A stretch of 53,467 nucleotides of DNA from Candidatus Omnitrophica bacterium CG11_big_fil_rev_8_21_14_0_20_64_10 (GTDB taxonomy: Bacteria; Omnitrophota; Gorgyraeia; 1-14-0-20-64-10): positions 15,608 to 69,074 of the forward strand of contig PCVW01000063.1 in the NCBI GenBank assembly GCA_002787095.1, given 5' to 3'. A program made the translations under genes and the position numbers. The notes under the pieces are model-generated. The model searched no databases. It worked only from the letters and a program-made list of their open reading frames with translations, and was not told the origin of the DNA. This document shows, piece after piece, positions 1 through 9,060 of the stretch (within the stretch, counting starts at the first letter, position 1; every line of letters begins with the position of its first letter).

Positions 1-333
1 GCCGATCACCCCTCGGCCGCCGGCCAGCACCGCCGCAAGCCGCTCCTCCCCCTCGATCACCACCCAGCGCTTCATCAGCCGCTCGGTCGCCGGGCCGAAC
101 CGGAAGAAGTCGGCCAGGTACATCCCGAAGTTCTGGAAGACCGCCCGGACCTGCCCTTCGGAAACCGCTTCCCCGACGCAAATCGCCTCCAGGTTGGCCC
201 GAACCGCCCGCCGATCCTTCGGAGAGCGAAGATAGAAAATCTCCCCGATCCGCCGAGCCAGCCAGTAAAGAAACGGCCGGGGGAGAATCGCCGCCAATCC
301 CCACCCGATCTGATACAGCAGGAGGAGCCCCAT
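1..333 (-). CDS. Lysophospholipid/lipid A acyltransferase family protein (LpxL/HtrB-like), N-terminal 111 codons; rest runs off the window
   Basis: Absent from the ORF track because there is no stop inside the window. ATG at 333-331, 3 nt after the upstream stop. My translation MGLLLLYQIGWGLAAILPRPFLYWLARRIGEIFYLRSPKDRRAVRANLEAICVGE...FQNFGMYLADFFRF stays open to nt 1. Hydrophobic N-terminus plus RRxVxxNL resembles this family. Confidence 0.5.
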   Translation of the reverse strand, partial: MGLLLLYQIGWGLAAILPRPFLYWLARRIGEIFYLRSPKDRRAVRANLEAICVGEAVSEGQVRAVFQNFGMYLADFFRFGPATERLMKRWVVIEGEERLAAVLAGGRGVIG

Positions 334-336
334 CCC

Positions 337-1464
337 CTACGCTTCCGGGGAGAAACCCGACAGCACCCGCCGGGCAATCTGGATCGCGGAGTCCGGCCGG
401 CCGAGCGCCCGGGCCTTGGTTTGGAGCCCCTGCAAACGGGCCGGATCGTTGAGAAGATCGGCGACCACCTTCGGGACATCGGCCGGATGATCCGCCTGCA
501 CGGCGACGCCGGCCTCCTTGAGGAAATTGGCGTTCTTGTTCTCCTGACCCGGGATCGGCTCCACGACTACCAGCGGGACCCCCTTGGCGAGCGCCTCGGA
601 GGTGGTCAACCCTCCCGGCTTGGTGATCAAAAGATCGGCGGCCGACATCAGATCGGCGATGAAATCCACATGGCCGAACACCTCGATCGGATGGCGCAGG
701 CGGGGCATCTCCCGGATCAGGGTGTGGTAGAGGCGCTGGTTGGAACCGGTGACCACCAGCATCTGGAACGGATCGGCGATCCGGTCCAGCGCCCGGACCG
801 TTTCCTTAAGCGGCCCCAGCCCCTGCCCGCCCCCCATCAGGAGGATGACCGGAACGCCGGGCTTCAGCTGCAATCGGCTTCGGATCCGCTCCGCATCCGG
901 CGTCTCGGCGAAAACCGGCTGGATCGGGATGCCGGTGGCGAAAACCTTCTCCTCAGGAACCTGACGGTCCAGCATCCAACGGCGGCTCCGGTCGGAAGCC
1001 ACCATGTAGCCGTCCACACAATCATGAACCCAGTAGGCGTGCGGGACAAAATCGGTCACGACGCCGTAGAGCGGCATCCGAACCCCCCGCCGCTTCTTGT
1101 AGTCGGCGACCAGGCCGCAGGGGAAAGCCTGCGTGCAGGCGACCGCCTCCGGCTTGAAGTCCCGGAGGAGCCCCTCCAAACGGGGGGAGTCGTACCGATG
1201 CAACAGGTCCCGGTAGCGGGAGGAGCGGCGGACGATCCTGGGGTTGTCGTACAGATAGTCCCACAACTCCGGCAACCGCTGAATCACCGACATGTAAAGA
1301 CGATCCACGATCGGCGCCAGGATCGGATTGAGGTACTGGAAGGCGTCAATGGTCAGGGTTTCGACCGCCGGGTCCACGACCCGCAGCCCCCGCTCCAGCG
1401 CCCGGGCGGCCTGGTAATGGCCCGACCGGACCGTGATGTACATCAAGAGGACTTTTCGGGACAT
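337..1464 (-). CDS. GT28 glycosyltransferase, MGDG-synthase/UgtP-like diacylglycerol glycosyltransferase
   Basis: 375-aa ORF with ATG at 1464. C-terminal LITKPGGLTTSEALAKGVPLVVVEPIPGQENKNANFL closely resembles the UgtP/MGDG synthase sugar-nucleotide binding region. Confidence 0.7.
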   Translation of the reverse strand: MSRKVLLMYITVRSGHYQAARALERGLRVVDPAVETLTIDAFQYLNPILAPIVDRLYMSVIQRLPELWDYLYDNPRIVRRSSRYRDLLHRYDSPRLEGLLRDFKPEAVACTQAFPCGLVADYKKRRGVRMPLYGVVTDFVPHAYWVHDCVDGYMVASDRSRRWMLDRQVPEEKVFATGIPIQPVFAETPDAERIRSRLQLKPGVPVILLMGGGQGLGPLKETVRALDRIADPFQMLVVTGSNQRLYHTLIREMPRLRHPIEVFGHVDFIADLMSAADLLITKPGGLTTSEALAKGVPLVVVEPIPGQENKNANFLKEAGVAVQADHPADVPKVVADLLNDPARLQGLQTKARALGRPDSAIQIARRVLSGFSPEA

Positions 1465-1466
1465 AA

Positions 1467-2717
1467 TCAGCCCGAAATGTTCAGGACCTTCCCGATGCGC
1501 TCCAACGCGGTTTTAAGGCGCTCCTCCGGCTCCACGAGGGCGAACCGGACGAACCCTTCCCCGTACTCGCCGAAGCCGGTGCCGGGAGCCACGACCACCC
1601 CCGCCTCCTCCACAAGCAGCTGAACGAACTCCAGGGAGCTCAGGGCGGAGAACTTCGGCGGGACATGGGCCCAGATATAGAAGGTGGCTTTGGGTTTGGC
1701 CACCTCCCAGCCGATCTTCTTGAGGCCCTCGACGAAGAGGTCCCGCCGCTTGCGGTAGATCTCTACCCCCTCCTTAACGCAGCTTTGGGGACCAGTGAGC
1801 GCCGCGATCGCCGCCTCCTGGACCGCCCGGAAGATCCCGAAATCGATGTACGATTTGGTCTTCTCGAGAGAAGCCAGGATCTCGGCATTGCCGGCCACCC
1901 AACCGACCCGCCAGCCGGCCATGTTGTAGCTCTTCGAGCAGGTGTGGAACTCGATGCAGGGCAGCTCCTTGGCCCCCGGCACCTGCAGGAGACTGGGGGC
2001 GGTGTAGCCGTCGAAGACGATGTCGGAGTAGGCCAGGTCGGAGGCCATGATGATCTCCTTACTCTTGCCCCAATCCACCCACTCCCGGTAGAAGTCCAGG
2101 TCCACCGTCGCGGTCGTCGGGTTGTGCGGATAGCCGACCAGCATCAACTTCGCCATCCGGGTGATCTCCTTGCTCAACGGCTTGAAGACCGGCTTGTAGT
2201 CGTGCTCGGCGCTGAGCGGCAGGCTCACGAGGATCCCCCCGGCCATGATCACACCGTTGAAGTGAACCGGATAGGCGGGGCTCGGGATCAGGCCGATGTC
2301 GTCGTTGTTCAGGAATGCCAGCGACAGGTGGGCAATCCCCTCCTTCGACCCGATCAGCGGCAGCACCTCCCGCTCCGCGTCCAATTCGACGCCGAAACGC
2401 TGGTGATACCATTTGGCGATCGCCTGCTTGAAGCGGCGCTCGACATCCCCTTTCGGGCGGGAGTAACGCTGATTCTCCACCTTCTTGGCGGCGTTGTGCA
2501 GCGCCTCCACGATGTGCGGCGGGGTCGGCAGATCCGGATTCCCCATCCCCAGATCGATCACATCCACCCCGCGGGCCGCCGCCTTCGCCTTCAGATCATC
2601 GATGATCGTAAAGAGATAGAGGGGCAGCCGCTTCATCCGGTTCGCCTCATGCATCACCGAGGGCTTCCCGGGAAACTCCGGCTTGATCTTGGAATCCGGT
2701 GTCGTTTTTCGCTTCAT
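1467..2717 (-). CDS. Class I/II PLP-dependent aminotransferase (AlaC/YfdZ-like)
   Basis: 416 aa. Contains KRLPLYLFTIIDDLKAKAAARGVDVIDLGMGNPDLPTPPHIVEAL and the PLP-lysine motif SKSYNMAGWRVGW. Its ATG overlaps the lipA stop (ATGA). Confidence 0.8.
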   Translation of the reverse strand: MKRKTTPDSKIKPEFPGKPSVMHEANRMKRLPLYLFTIIDDLKAKAAARGVDVIDLGMGNPDLPTPPHIVEALHNAAKKVENQRYSRPKGDVERRFKQAIAKWYHQRFGVELDAEREVLPLIGSKEGIAHLSLAFLNNDDIGLIPSPAYPVHFNGVIMAGGILVSLPLSAEHDYKPVFKPLSKEITRMAKLMLVGYPHNPTTATVDLDFYREWVDWGKSKEIIMASDLAYSDIVFDGYTAPSLLQVPGAKELPCIEFHTCSKSYNMAGWRVGWVAGNAEILASLEKTKSYIDFGIFRAVQEAAIAALTGPQSCVKEGVEIYRKRRDLFVEGLKKIGWEVAKPKATFYIWAHVPPKFSALSSLEFVQLLVEEAGVVVAPGTGFGEYGEGFVRFALVEPEERLKTALERIGKVLNISG

Positions 2718-3604
2718 CGTTTCCGCTCCAACTGCAAGGCTTCAAAGGCGTTATAGGATGAGCGGACATAAGAGCCGCTCGCCACAAAAGAAAACCCCAT
2801 GGCCTGCCCCCAGGCACGGTACCGCTCAAACGCCTCGGGAGAGAGAAATTCAGCCACAGGGAGGTGCTCCGGCGTGGGCCGGAGGTACTGGCCGACCGTT
2901 AGAATATCACATCCGGCCCCTTTTAGATCGGCCATCGTTTTCCGAACCTCTTCCGGGCGCTCCCCGAGCCCCACCATCAGGCCGCTCTTGACCCGGAGCT
3001 GCTCTCCCCCCAACCGCCGGAGCGCCGCCAGCACCTCCAGCGACCGCCGGTAACCGGCCTGCGGTCGGATCAAACGGGTCAGCCGCTCCACCGTCTCCAG
3101 GTTGTGGCTGACCACCTCCGGCCCGGCCCCCACCACCCGCTCCAAACAATCCGGCCGGACATGAAAATCGGGGATCAACACCTCGATCTGCGTCTGGGGG
3201 GAACGGGCCCGGATCGCCCCGATGCAGGCGGCGAAATGCCCCGCCCCCTCATCCGGCAAATCGTCCCGGGCCACCGAGGTCACGACCGCATACTGGAGCT
3301 TCAGCCGGGCGATCGCCTCGGCCAGGCGCTGCGGCTCTCCCGGGTCCACCCCGCCGGGCCGGGCGGTTCGGACCGAACAGAAACCGCAGGAGCGGGTGCA
3401 GGCGCTCCCCAGGATCATGAAACTGACATTGCCGTGGCTCCAGCACTCCCCGAGGTTAGGGCACTTGGCCTCAAGGCAGACGGTGTTGAGCCGCAGCTCC
3501 CGGACCAGCTGCTTAGCCGGTTCCCATTGGCCGTGCACGCTGAAGGAACGCCGAAGGAATGCCGGAATCCGAACCGCCTCAGCCACGACCGCCGGCACCC
3601 ACAA
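2714..3604 (-). CDS. lipA: Lipoyl synthase
   Basis: Has the N-terminal cluster motif CLEAKCPNLGECW and the radical-SAM motif CTRSCGFC. The track start at 3604 is TTG; the true start may be one of the GTGs a few codons downstream. Confidence 0.9.
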   Translation of the reverse strand: MWVPAVVAEAVRIPAFLRRSFSVHGQWEPAKQLVRELRLNTVCLEAKCPNLGECWSHGNVSFMILGSACTRSCGFCSVRTARPGGVDPGEPQRLAEAIARLKLQYAVVTSVARDDLPDEGAGHFAACIGAIRARSPQTQIEVLIPDFHVRPDCLERVVGAGPEVVSHNLETVERLTRLIRPQAGYRRSLEVLAALRRLGGEQLRVKSGLMVGLGERPEEVRKTMADLKGAGCDILTVGQYLRPTPEHLPVAEFLSPEAFERYRAWGQAMGFSFVASGSYVRSSYNAFEALQLERKR

Positions 3605-3610
3605 CGGAAA

Positions 3611-3666
3611 CGGAGGCCCCAGACCGGGCCACCCGCACCGCCGCGGACACCCCCCCGGGACCTCCG
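3611..3666 (-). terminator. GC-rich imperfect hairpin in the icd-lipA spacer; possible terminator or attenuator
   Basis: On the minus strand CGGAGGTCCC ... GGGGCCTCCG forms a 10-bp stem with one G-U, followed by TTTCCG. It lies in the only spacer longer than about 35 nt between secE and lipA. The U-tract is weak. Confidence 0.2.
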
Positions 3667-3691
3667 CCCAAAACGACGAGGTCGAACGATT

Positions 3692-4774
3692 TCAAGATTT
3701 CAGCTTCTCGACAATGGCGTCGGCCATCTGGCTGGTTCCCACCGGCGCGCCACTCCCTCCTCGCTTCAGATCATAAGTGACCGCCCGTCCCTCCTTGAGA
3801 ACCGCGCTCACCGCCGCCTCCAACCGGTCGGCCGCCTTCCCCTCTCCGAGGTGGCGCAGCATGAGGACCCCCGAAAGGATTGTCGCGACCGGGTTGACCT
3901 TGTTCTGTCCCGCGTACTTCGGCGCCGAGCCGTGTGTCGGCTCAAAGACCGCGGCTTCCGCTCCGATGTTCGCCCCCGGAGCCACCCCGAGTCCCCCGAC
4001 CAAACCAGCGCAGAGGTCGGAGATGATATCGCCGTACAGGTTCGGCAGCACCAGCACATCGAAGATTTCCGGCTTCTGCACCAGCTGCATGCAGAGGGCA
4101 TCCACGAGCCGGTCGTCCGCCTCCACCCGGCCGGCGTATTCGGCCGCCACTTTCCGAAATACCTCGAGGAAGAGACCATCAGAGAATTTCATGATGTTCG
4201 CCTTGTGGATCGCGGTCACCTTCTTCCGCTTGTTCTTCAGGGCATACTCGAAGGCAAACCGGATGATCCGCTCGGAACCTTCCGCGGAGATCGGCTTGAG
4301 CGACACCGCCGCGCTCGGCCGGATCGTCTTGCCGCCGTGCGCCTTGACCCAGCCGATCAGCTCCTTGACCTCGGGGGTGCCGTCGTCGTACTCGATCCCG
4401 GCATACAGGTCCTCGGAGTTCTCCCGGATGATCACCAGATCCACCCGATCGTAGCGGGAATTGATCCCGGGGTAAAGCCGGCAGGGACGGACGCAAGCGT
4501 ACAAGTCCAGGGCATGCCGCAGTCCCACATTGACGGAGCGGATCCCCTTGCCGATCGGGGTCGTGATCGGCCCCTTGATCGCCGTCTTGTTCTTCCGAAT
4601 GGAGGCCAGCAGCGGCTCCGGAAGCGGGGAGCCGAACTTCTCGATTGCCCCCTCGCCGGCGTCGTGCACCTCCCACTCGAACGACACGCCGGTCGCCTCC
4701 AGACACTTGCGGGCCGCTGACGACACCTCCGGCCCGATCCCATCCCCCGGAATAAAAGTCACCCGATGACTCAT
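3692..4774 (-). CDS. icd: Isocitrate dehydrogenase (isocitrate/isopropylmalate dehydrogenase family)
   Basis: 360 aa. Contains FIPGDGIGPEV, IRENSEDLYAGIEY (ICDH-type rather than the LeuB-type loop) and NLYGDIISDL. Its ATG overlaps the aspC stop (ATGA). Confidence 0.75.
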   Translation of the reverse strand: MSHRVTFIPGDGIGPEVSSAARKCLEATGVSFEWEVHDAGEGAIEKFGSPLPEPLLASIRKNKTAIKGPITTPIGKGIRSVNVGLRHALDLYACVRPCRLYPGINSRYDRVDLVIIRENSEDLYAGIEYDDGTPEVKELIGWVKAHGGKTIRPSAAVSLKPISAEGSERIIRFAFEYALKNKRKKVTAIHKANIMKFSDGLFLEVFRKVAAEYAGRVEADDRLVDALCMQLVQKPEIFDVLVLPNLYGDIISDLCAGLVGGLGVAPGANIGAEAAVFEPTHGSAPKYAGQNKVNPVATILSGVLMLRHLGEGKAADRLEAAVSAVLKEGRAVTYDLKRGGSGAPVGTSQMADAIVEKLKS

Positions 4775-5943
4775 TTGAGCTTCTCCGTAAATTCAGCCAG
4801 CCGGTCCAAACCGACCAGCATCTCCTTGGTGTCCAAACAAAAACTGACCCGCAAATGATCGGTCCAGCCGAAACCGCTCCCCGGCACCGCCGCCACCTCC
4901 GCCTCCTTCAGCAACCGCTCGGCCAAGGCGTCGGCATCGAGTCCGGTCCCGGAGATGTCGAGGAAGGCATAGAAGGCGCCGGCCGGCGCAGCGGCAAGCT
5001 TCACCTTCCGTATCCGGCCCACCCGCTCCACGAGCAGGTCCCGCCGCTTCTTGAATTCCCGCGCCATCGCCTCGACCGGCCCCTGCTCCCCGGTCAAGGC
5101 GGCGAGCGCGGCCCGCTGGCTGATGTGGCTCGGACAGGAGGTGGCGTGGTCCTGCAACCGCCCGCAGGCGGCGACCACCTTCTCCGGCCCGGCCAGGAAA
5201 CCGATCCGCCAGCCGGTCATCGCGTAGGCCTTCGAAACGCCGTCCACGATCAAGGTCTGCGGAGCCAGCTCCGGAAGCACCGCGAGGATCGACCGGGCCG
5301 GCCCGTCGAAACTGAGGCGGGCGTAGATCTCGTCGCTGATCACCCAAAGCCCCTTCTCCAACGCGATCCGGCCGATCGCCTTGAGCGTCGCTTCATTCAG
5401 CACCGCGCCGGTCGGATTGGCCGGACTGTTGAGGAGCAGACAGCGGGTTTTGGAAGTGCAAGCGGAAGCGACCTGTTCGGCCGTGAGGCGGAAACCGTCG
5501 GCGGGACGGGTCCGGACCTCGACCGGCGTGCCGCCGGCCAGCCGGACCATCTCCGGGTAGCTGACCCAATAGGGAGAGGGCATCAGCACCTCATCCCCCT
5601 CCTGAATCAGAGCCTGGATGGCGTTGTAGAGCGCCTGTTTGGCGCCGGAGGTGACGGCGACCTGTGCGGGGGAAAAGGAAAGGCCGGAGAACTTCCGGAA
5701 AGCATCGGCGACCGCCTGTTTGAGTTCCGGCAGGCCGGTCGTCGGGGTGTACTTGGTGGCTCCCCCTTCGATCGCGGCGATCGCCGCCTGCTTGATGAAA
5801 GCGGGGGTATCGAAGTCCGGCTCTCCACCGGCCAGGTTGATCACCTTCTTCCCCTGGGCCCGCATCTGCTTAGCCAGGGCGGTGATCTTCAGGGTCGCCG
5901 AGGGCTGGACCGCCTCGATTCTTCGGGTCAGCCCCGAAGGCAT
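4771..5943 (-). CDS. aspC: Aspartate/aromatic aminotransferase, class I
   Basis: Track ORF 4771-6378 trimmed to ATG 5943-5941, 1 nt after the rplQ stop. The discarded 145 N-terminal residues are R/P/S-rich and overlap rplQ. Motifs: INLAGGEPDFDTP and SKAYAMTGWRIGF. Confidence 0.85.
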   Translation of the reverse strand: MPSGLTRRIEAVQPSATLKITALAKQMRAQGKKVINLAGGEPDFDTPAFIKQAAIAAIEGGATKYTPTTGLPELKQAVADAFRKFSGLSFSPAQVAVTSGAKQALYNAIQALIQEGDEVLMPSPYWVSYPEMVRLAGGTPVEVRTRPADGFRLTAEQVASACTSKTRCLLLNSPANPTGAVLNEATLKAIGRIALEKGLWVISDEIYARLSFDGPARSILAVLPELAPQTLIVDGVSKAYAMTGWRIGFLAGPEKVVAACGRLQDHATSCPSHISQRAALAALTGEQGPVEAMAREFKKRRDLLVERVGRIRKVKLAAAPAGAFYAFLDISGTGLDADALAERLLKEAEVAAVPGSGFGWTDHLRVSFCLDTKEMLVGLDRLAEFTEKLK

Positions 5944-5944
5944 C

Positions 5945-6538
5945 TCAAGCGCCGCGGCGCTGGTCGCCGCCGAAGAATCGGCGCAGTCCCTTGAGGAAGC
6001 CCCCCTTCTTAGGCTCCTTGGGGCGATTCTGGGCCGATTCCGGCTTCTTCTTCCGGGAAGCGGGTGGTTGGACCTTTGGCTTCTCCGCCTCGGGGGCGGC
6101 CGACGGCGGCCGGATGGCGAGGGTCGAAACTCCCTTCTTCCGATCCCGGCGGACCGGTTCCGCCTTCTTGTCGAGGTCCGGGGAAAGTTCGGTCCACTCC
6201 AGCACGGCCATCGAGGCGCCGTCGCCGGACCGGATCCCGTTGTGCAGGATCCGGGTGTAGCCGCCGGCCCGGGAAGCGAACCGGGGGGCGATCTGGGAGA
6301 AGAGTCGTCCGACCCCCTGCTTGTCCTGCAGCAGGGCCACCGCCCGGCGGCGGTCGGCAAGCCCCCCCTTCTTGGCAAGAGTCACAAGCCGCTCCGCCAA
6401 CCGCTGGGCCTCTTTGGCCCGAGCCAGCGTGGTGTTGATCCGCTCATGGCGGACCAGCGCCTGTGCCAAGCTCTGGACGGTCGCCGCCCGATACGAGCTG
6501 AACCGTCCCAAATCCCGGGTATGGACCGCGTGTCCCAT
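5945..6538 (-). CDS. rplQ: 50S ribosomal protein bL17 with ~80-aa C-terminal extension
   Basis: The first ~116 aa match bL17 (HERINTTLARAKE..., GGYTRIL). The ATG is 1 nt after the rpoA stop. The tail ends KKGGFLKGLRRFFGGDQRRGA (re-translated by hand). Confidence 0.9.
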   Translation of the reverse strand: MGHAVHTRDLGRFSSYRAATVQSLAQALVRHERINTTLARAKEAQRLAERLVTLAKKGGLADRRRAVALLQDKQGVGRLFSQIAPRFASRAGGYTRILHNGIRSGDGASMAVLEWTELSPDLDKKAEPVRRDRKKGVSTLAIRPPSAAPEAEKPKVQPPASRKKKPESAQNRPKEPKKGGFLKGLRRFFGGDQRRGA

Positions 6539-6539
6539 C

Positions 6540-7541
6540 TTAAAGAACGCCGGCCTCGACCTGCGACAGCGTCCCCTTGTCCAGCTTCATGCCGAGGGTC
6601 AATCCCATCCCCTTGAGAATCTCGGCAATCTCCGCGAGCGACTTCTTGCCGAAGTTGCGGAACTTCAGGATCTCCCCCTCGCTCTTCTGGACGAGATCGG
6701 CGATTGTCTTGATCTTGGCCTCCCGCAGGCAGTTCGCGGAACGGACCGACAACTCCAACTCGGTCACCGGCATCCGGAGTTTCTCGACGACGCCGGCCGG
6801 CAAAACCTCCTCGCCCCCTTCGGCCTCATCGGCCGGGAGTTCCCCGAACCCGGTGAAAACATCCAGGTGCTTCTGCAGGATGTAGGCCGAGGTCAGGAGC
6901 GCCTCCTTCGGATTGATCGCCCCGTTGGTTGTGACCTCCATGATCAGCTTGTCGTAGTCGGTCATCTGGCCGACCCGGGTGTCCTCGACCCGGAAATTGA
7001 CCCGCTTGACCGGGGAGAAGGCCGAATCCAGCGCGATCACGCCGATCGGCTGCGACTCCTTGCGGTTCCGCTCCACCGGCACATAGCCCCGGCCGATCCC
7101 CACCTCCATCTCGACCTTGAAATTGGCCGCCTTGGTGAGGGTCGCGATCTTCAGGTCCGGATTCAGGATCTCGACCGACTCGTCGGTCACGATCTGTCCG
7201 GCGGTCACCTCCCCCTTCTTCTCCACCGACAGGGTCAGCGTCTTCGGGGAGCGGGTGTGCGCCTTCAGGATCACCTGCTTGAGGTTCATGATGATCTCCG
7301 CGACATCCTCGGCCACGCCCGGGATCGCCGAAAAACCATGCGACACCCCCTCAAAACGGACCGAGGTGATCGCCGCCCCCTCCAGGGAGGAGAGCAGGAT
7401 TCGGCGCAGGGAATTCCCGATCGTGCTGCCGTAGCCCCGTTCAAAAGGCTCGGCGGTGAACTTGCCGTAGGTGTTGGTGTAGGTGGACTCGTCGCACTCG
7501 ATCCGCGACGGCATTTGAAAATCTCTCCAAGCGCTGCCCAT
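6540..7541 (-). CDS. rpoA: DNA-directed RNA polymerase subunit alpha
   Basis: 333 aa. Contains YGKFTAEPFERGYG and the C-terminal domain LELSVRSANCLREAKIKTIADL. GGAGG sits 7 nt upstream of the ATG. Confidence 0.95.
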   Translation of the reverse strand: MGSAWRDFQMPSRIECDESTYTNTYGKFTAEPFERGYGSTIGNSLRRILLSSLEGAAITSVRFEGVSHGFSAIPGVAEDVAEIIMNLKQVILKAHTRSPKTLTLSVEKKGEVTAGQIVTDESVEILNPDLKIATLTKAANFKVEMEVGIGRGYVPVERNRKESQPIGVIALDSAFSPVKRVNFRVEDTRVGQMTDYDKLIMEVTTNGAINPKEALLTSAYILQKHLDVFTGFGELPADEAEGGEEVLPAGVVEKLRMPVTELELSVRSANCLREAKIKTIADLVQKSEGEILKFRNFGKKSLAEIAEILKGMGLTLGMKLDKGTLSQVEAGVL

Positions 7542-7553
7542 GGGACGCCTCCG

Positions 7554-8183
7554 TTATTTTGAATAAAGCTCGACGATCAGCTGTTCCTTGATCGGGAACT
7601 GAACATCTTCCCGCTTGGGGATCCCCTTGACGGTTCCTTCAAATTTCTCGGGGTCCCGCTCCAGCCAAGCCGGCACCGCCCGCTCCTCCGACTGCAGCTT
7701 GGCCTCCTTGGCCATCTGCAGCAACTTCTCGGAGCCGTGGATCTGAATGACCTCCCCGGGCCGGACCGAGAAAGAGGGGACATTGACCTTCCGCCCGTTG
7801 ACCTTCACATGGCCGTGGGCGACCCACTGCCGGGCCTGGGCCCGCGTCATCGCGAATCCCAGCCGGTAAATGGCGTTGTCGAGGCGGCGCTCCATGATCT
7901 CCAGGAGGCGCACGCCGGTCTGGCCCTTGGCCCGGGAAGCGGTCTGGAAGGCTTTCCGGAACTGCCGCTCCAGCACCCCGTAGATCGCCCGAACCTTCTG
8001 CTTCTCCCGAAGCTGCAGCCCGTAATCGGAACTCTTCTTCGCCCGAGCCTGCCCATGCTCCCCCGGCGCGTAGGGACGGCGGTTGTAGGGATCCTTGTCG
8101 GTCCCGATCTTGGCCCCCTTGAGCGGCAGGGAAACGCCGAGGCGGCGGGACAAACGGCTTCGAGGACCGGTATACCGCGCCAT
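7554..8183 (-). CDS. rpsD: 30S ribosomal protein uS4
   Basis: 209 aa with N-terminus MARYTGPRSRLSRRLG; in alpha-operon position. Confidence 0.95.
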   Translation of the reverse strand: MARYTGPRSRLSRRLGVSLPLKGAKIGTDKDPYNRRPYAPGEHGQARAKKSSDYGLQLREKQKVRAIYGVLERQFRKAFQTASRAKGQTGVRLLEIMERRLDNAIYRLGFAMTRAQARQWVAHGHVKVNGRKVNVPSFSVRPGEVIQIHGSEKLLQMAKEAKLQSEERAVPAWLERDPEKFEGTVKGIPKREDVQFPIKEQLIVELYSK

Positions 8184-8184
8184 C

Positions 8185-8643
8185 TCAGACCCTCCTCCGC
8201 TTCGGAGGCCGGCAACCGTTGTGCGGAACCGGGGTCAGATCCCGGATACTTCGGACCTGCAACCCGGCCGCCTGCAGCGCTCGGATCGCCGATTCCCGGC
8301 CGGAGCCGGGACCCTTGACATACACTTCGACCTCTTTCATCCCCATCGTCATCGCCTTCTTGGCGGCGTTCTCCGCGGCCACCTGGGCGGCGAACGGGGT
8401 CGCCTTCTTCGATCCCTTGAAGCCGACCGAACCGGTGGAGGCCCAGCAGACCGCGTTTCCCTGGCGGTCGGTGATCGTCACGATCGTGTTGTTGAAGGTC
8501 GCATGGATGTGGACGATGCCGCTGGCCACCTGGGCGCGGGACCGCTTCTTTCCCTTGGCTTCGGCCGGCTTCACCTCGGCCGGCTTTTCTTCGGCGGCCT
8601 TGTTCTCGGCCGGTTTCTTCTCGTTTGGCTTCTTGTCTGCCAT
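8185..8643 (-). CDS. rpsK: 30S ribosomal protein uS11
   Basis: Core [18 protein letters not shown]...[12 protein letters not shown], with a K/P/E/A-rich N-terminal extension. Confidence 0.95.
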   Translation of the reverse strand: MADKKPNEKKPAENKAAEEKPAEVKPAEAKGKKRSRAQVASGIVHIHATFNNTIVTITDRQGNAVCWASTGSVGFKGSKKATPFAAQVAAENAAKKAMTMGMKEVEVYVKGPGSGRESAIRALQAAGLQVRSIRDLTPVPHNGCRPPKRRRV

Positions 8644-8646
8644 GAT

Positions 8647-9057
8647 TTATTTCTTTCCTTTCTGAGCGGACGCGGCCGGTTTGGCGGCGGCCGGCTTCGG
8701 AGCCGCCCCGACGGTCTGACGCGGCCCCTTGCGGGTCCGGGCGTTGGTGTGGGTCCGCTGACCCCGCACCGGCAGGCCCCGGCGATGCCGCGCCCCCCGG
8801 TACGACCCGATGTCGATCAGCCGCCGGATGTTCTGGGAAACCTCCCGACGCAGGTCTCCCTCCACCTTGTGGCCGGCAATGATCGCCGCGATCTTCGTGA
8901 CCTGGTCGTCGGTCAGGTCCTTGGCCCGGGTGGCCGGCGCAACGCGAGCCTCGGACAGAATCCGGGCCGACAGGACCGGCCCGATCCCGTACAGGTATCT
9001 CAACGCCACGTCAATCCGCTTTTCACGCGGCAGGTCAACGCCAACGATTCTCGGCAT
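8647..9057 (-). CDS. rpsM: 30S ribosomal protein uS13
   Basis: N-terminus [26 protein letters not shown], with an A/K/P-rich C-terminal tail. Confidence 0.95.
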   Translation of the reverse strand: MPRIVGVDLPREKRIDVALRYLYGIGPVLSARILSEARVAPATRAKDLTDDQVTKIAAIIAGHKVEGDLRREVSQNIRRLIDIGSYRGARHRRGLPVRGQRTHTNARTRKGPRQTVGAAPKPAAAKPAASAQKGKK

Positions 9058-9060
9058 CGC

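Noticed and set aside
75-479. Minus-strand 134-aa ORF spanning the junction of the two lipid genes
   Set aside because: It is Arg/Ser/Gly-rich and out of frame with both the GT28 gene end and the acyltransferase start, which explain the region better.
4771-6378. 5'-extended versions of real genes in the ORF track: aspC 535 aa, rplJ 314 aa, rplO 199 aa, tuf 437 aa, fhs 654 aa, fchA 261 aa, nnrD 392 aa, rpsG 186 aa, plus rpsQ and tilS
   Set aside because: The extensions are R/G/P-rich, overlap the upstream gene and often begin at TTG/GTG. In each case an ATG/GTG sits at or within a few nt of the upstream stop, and the protein then starts with the family-typical N-terminus.
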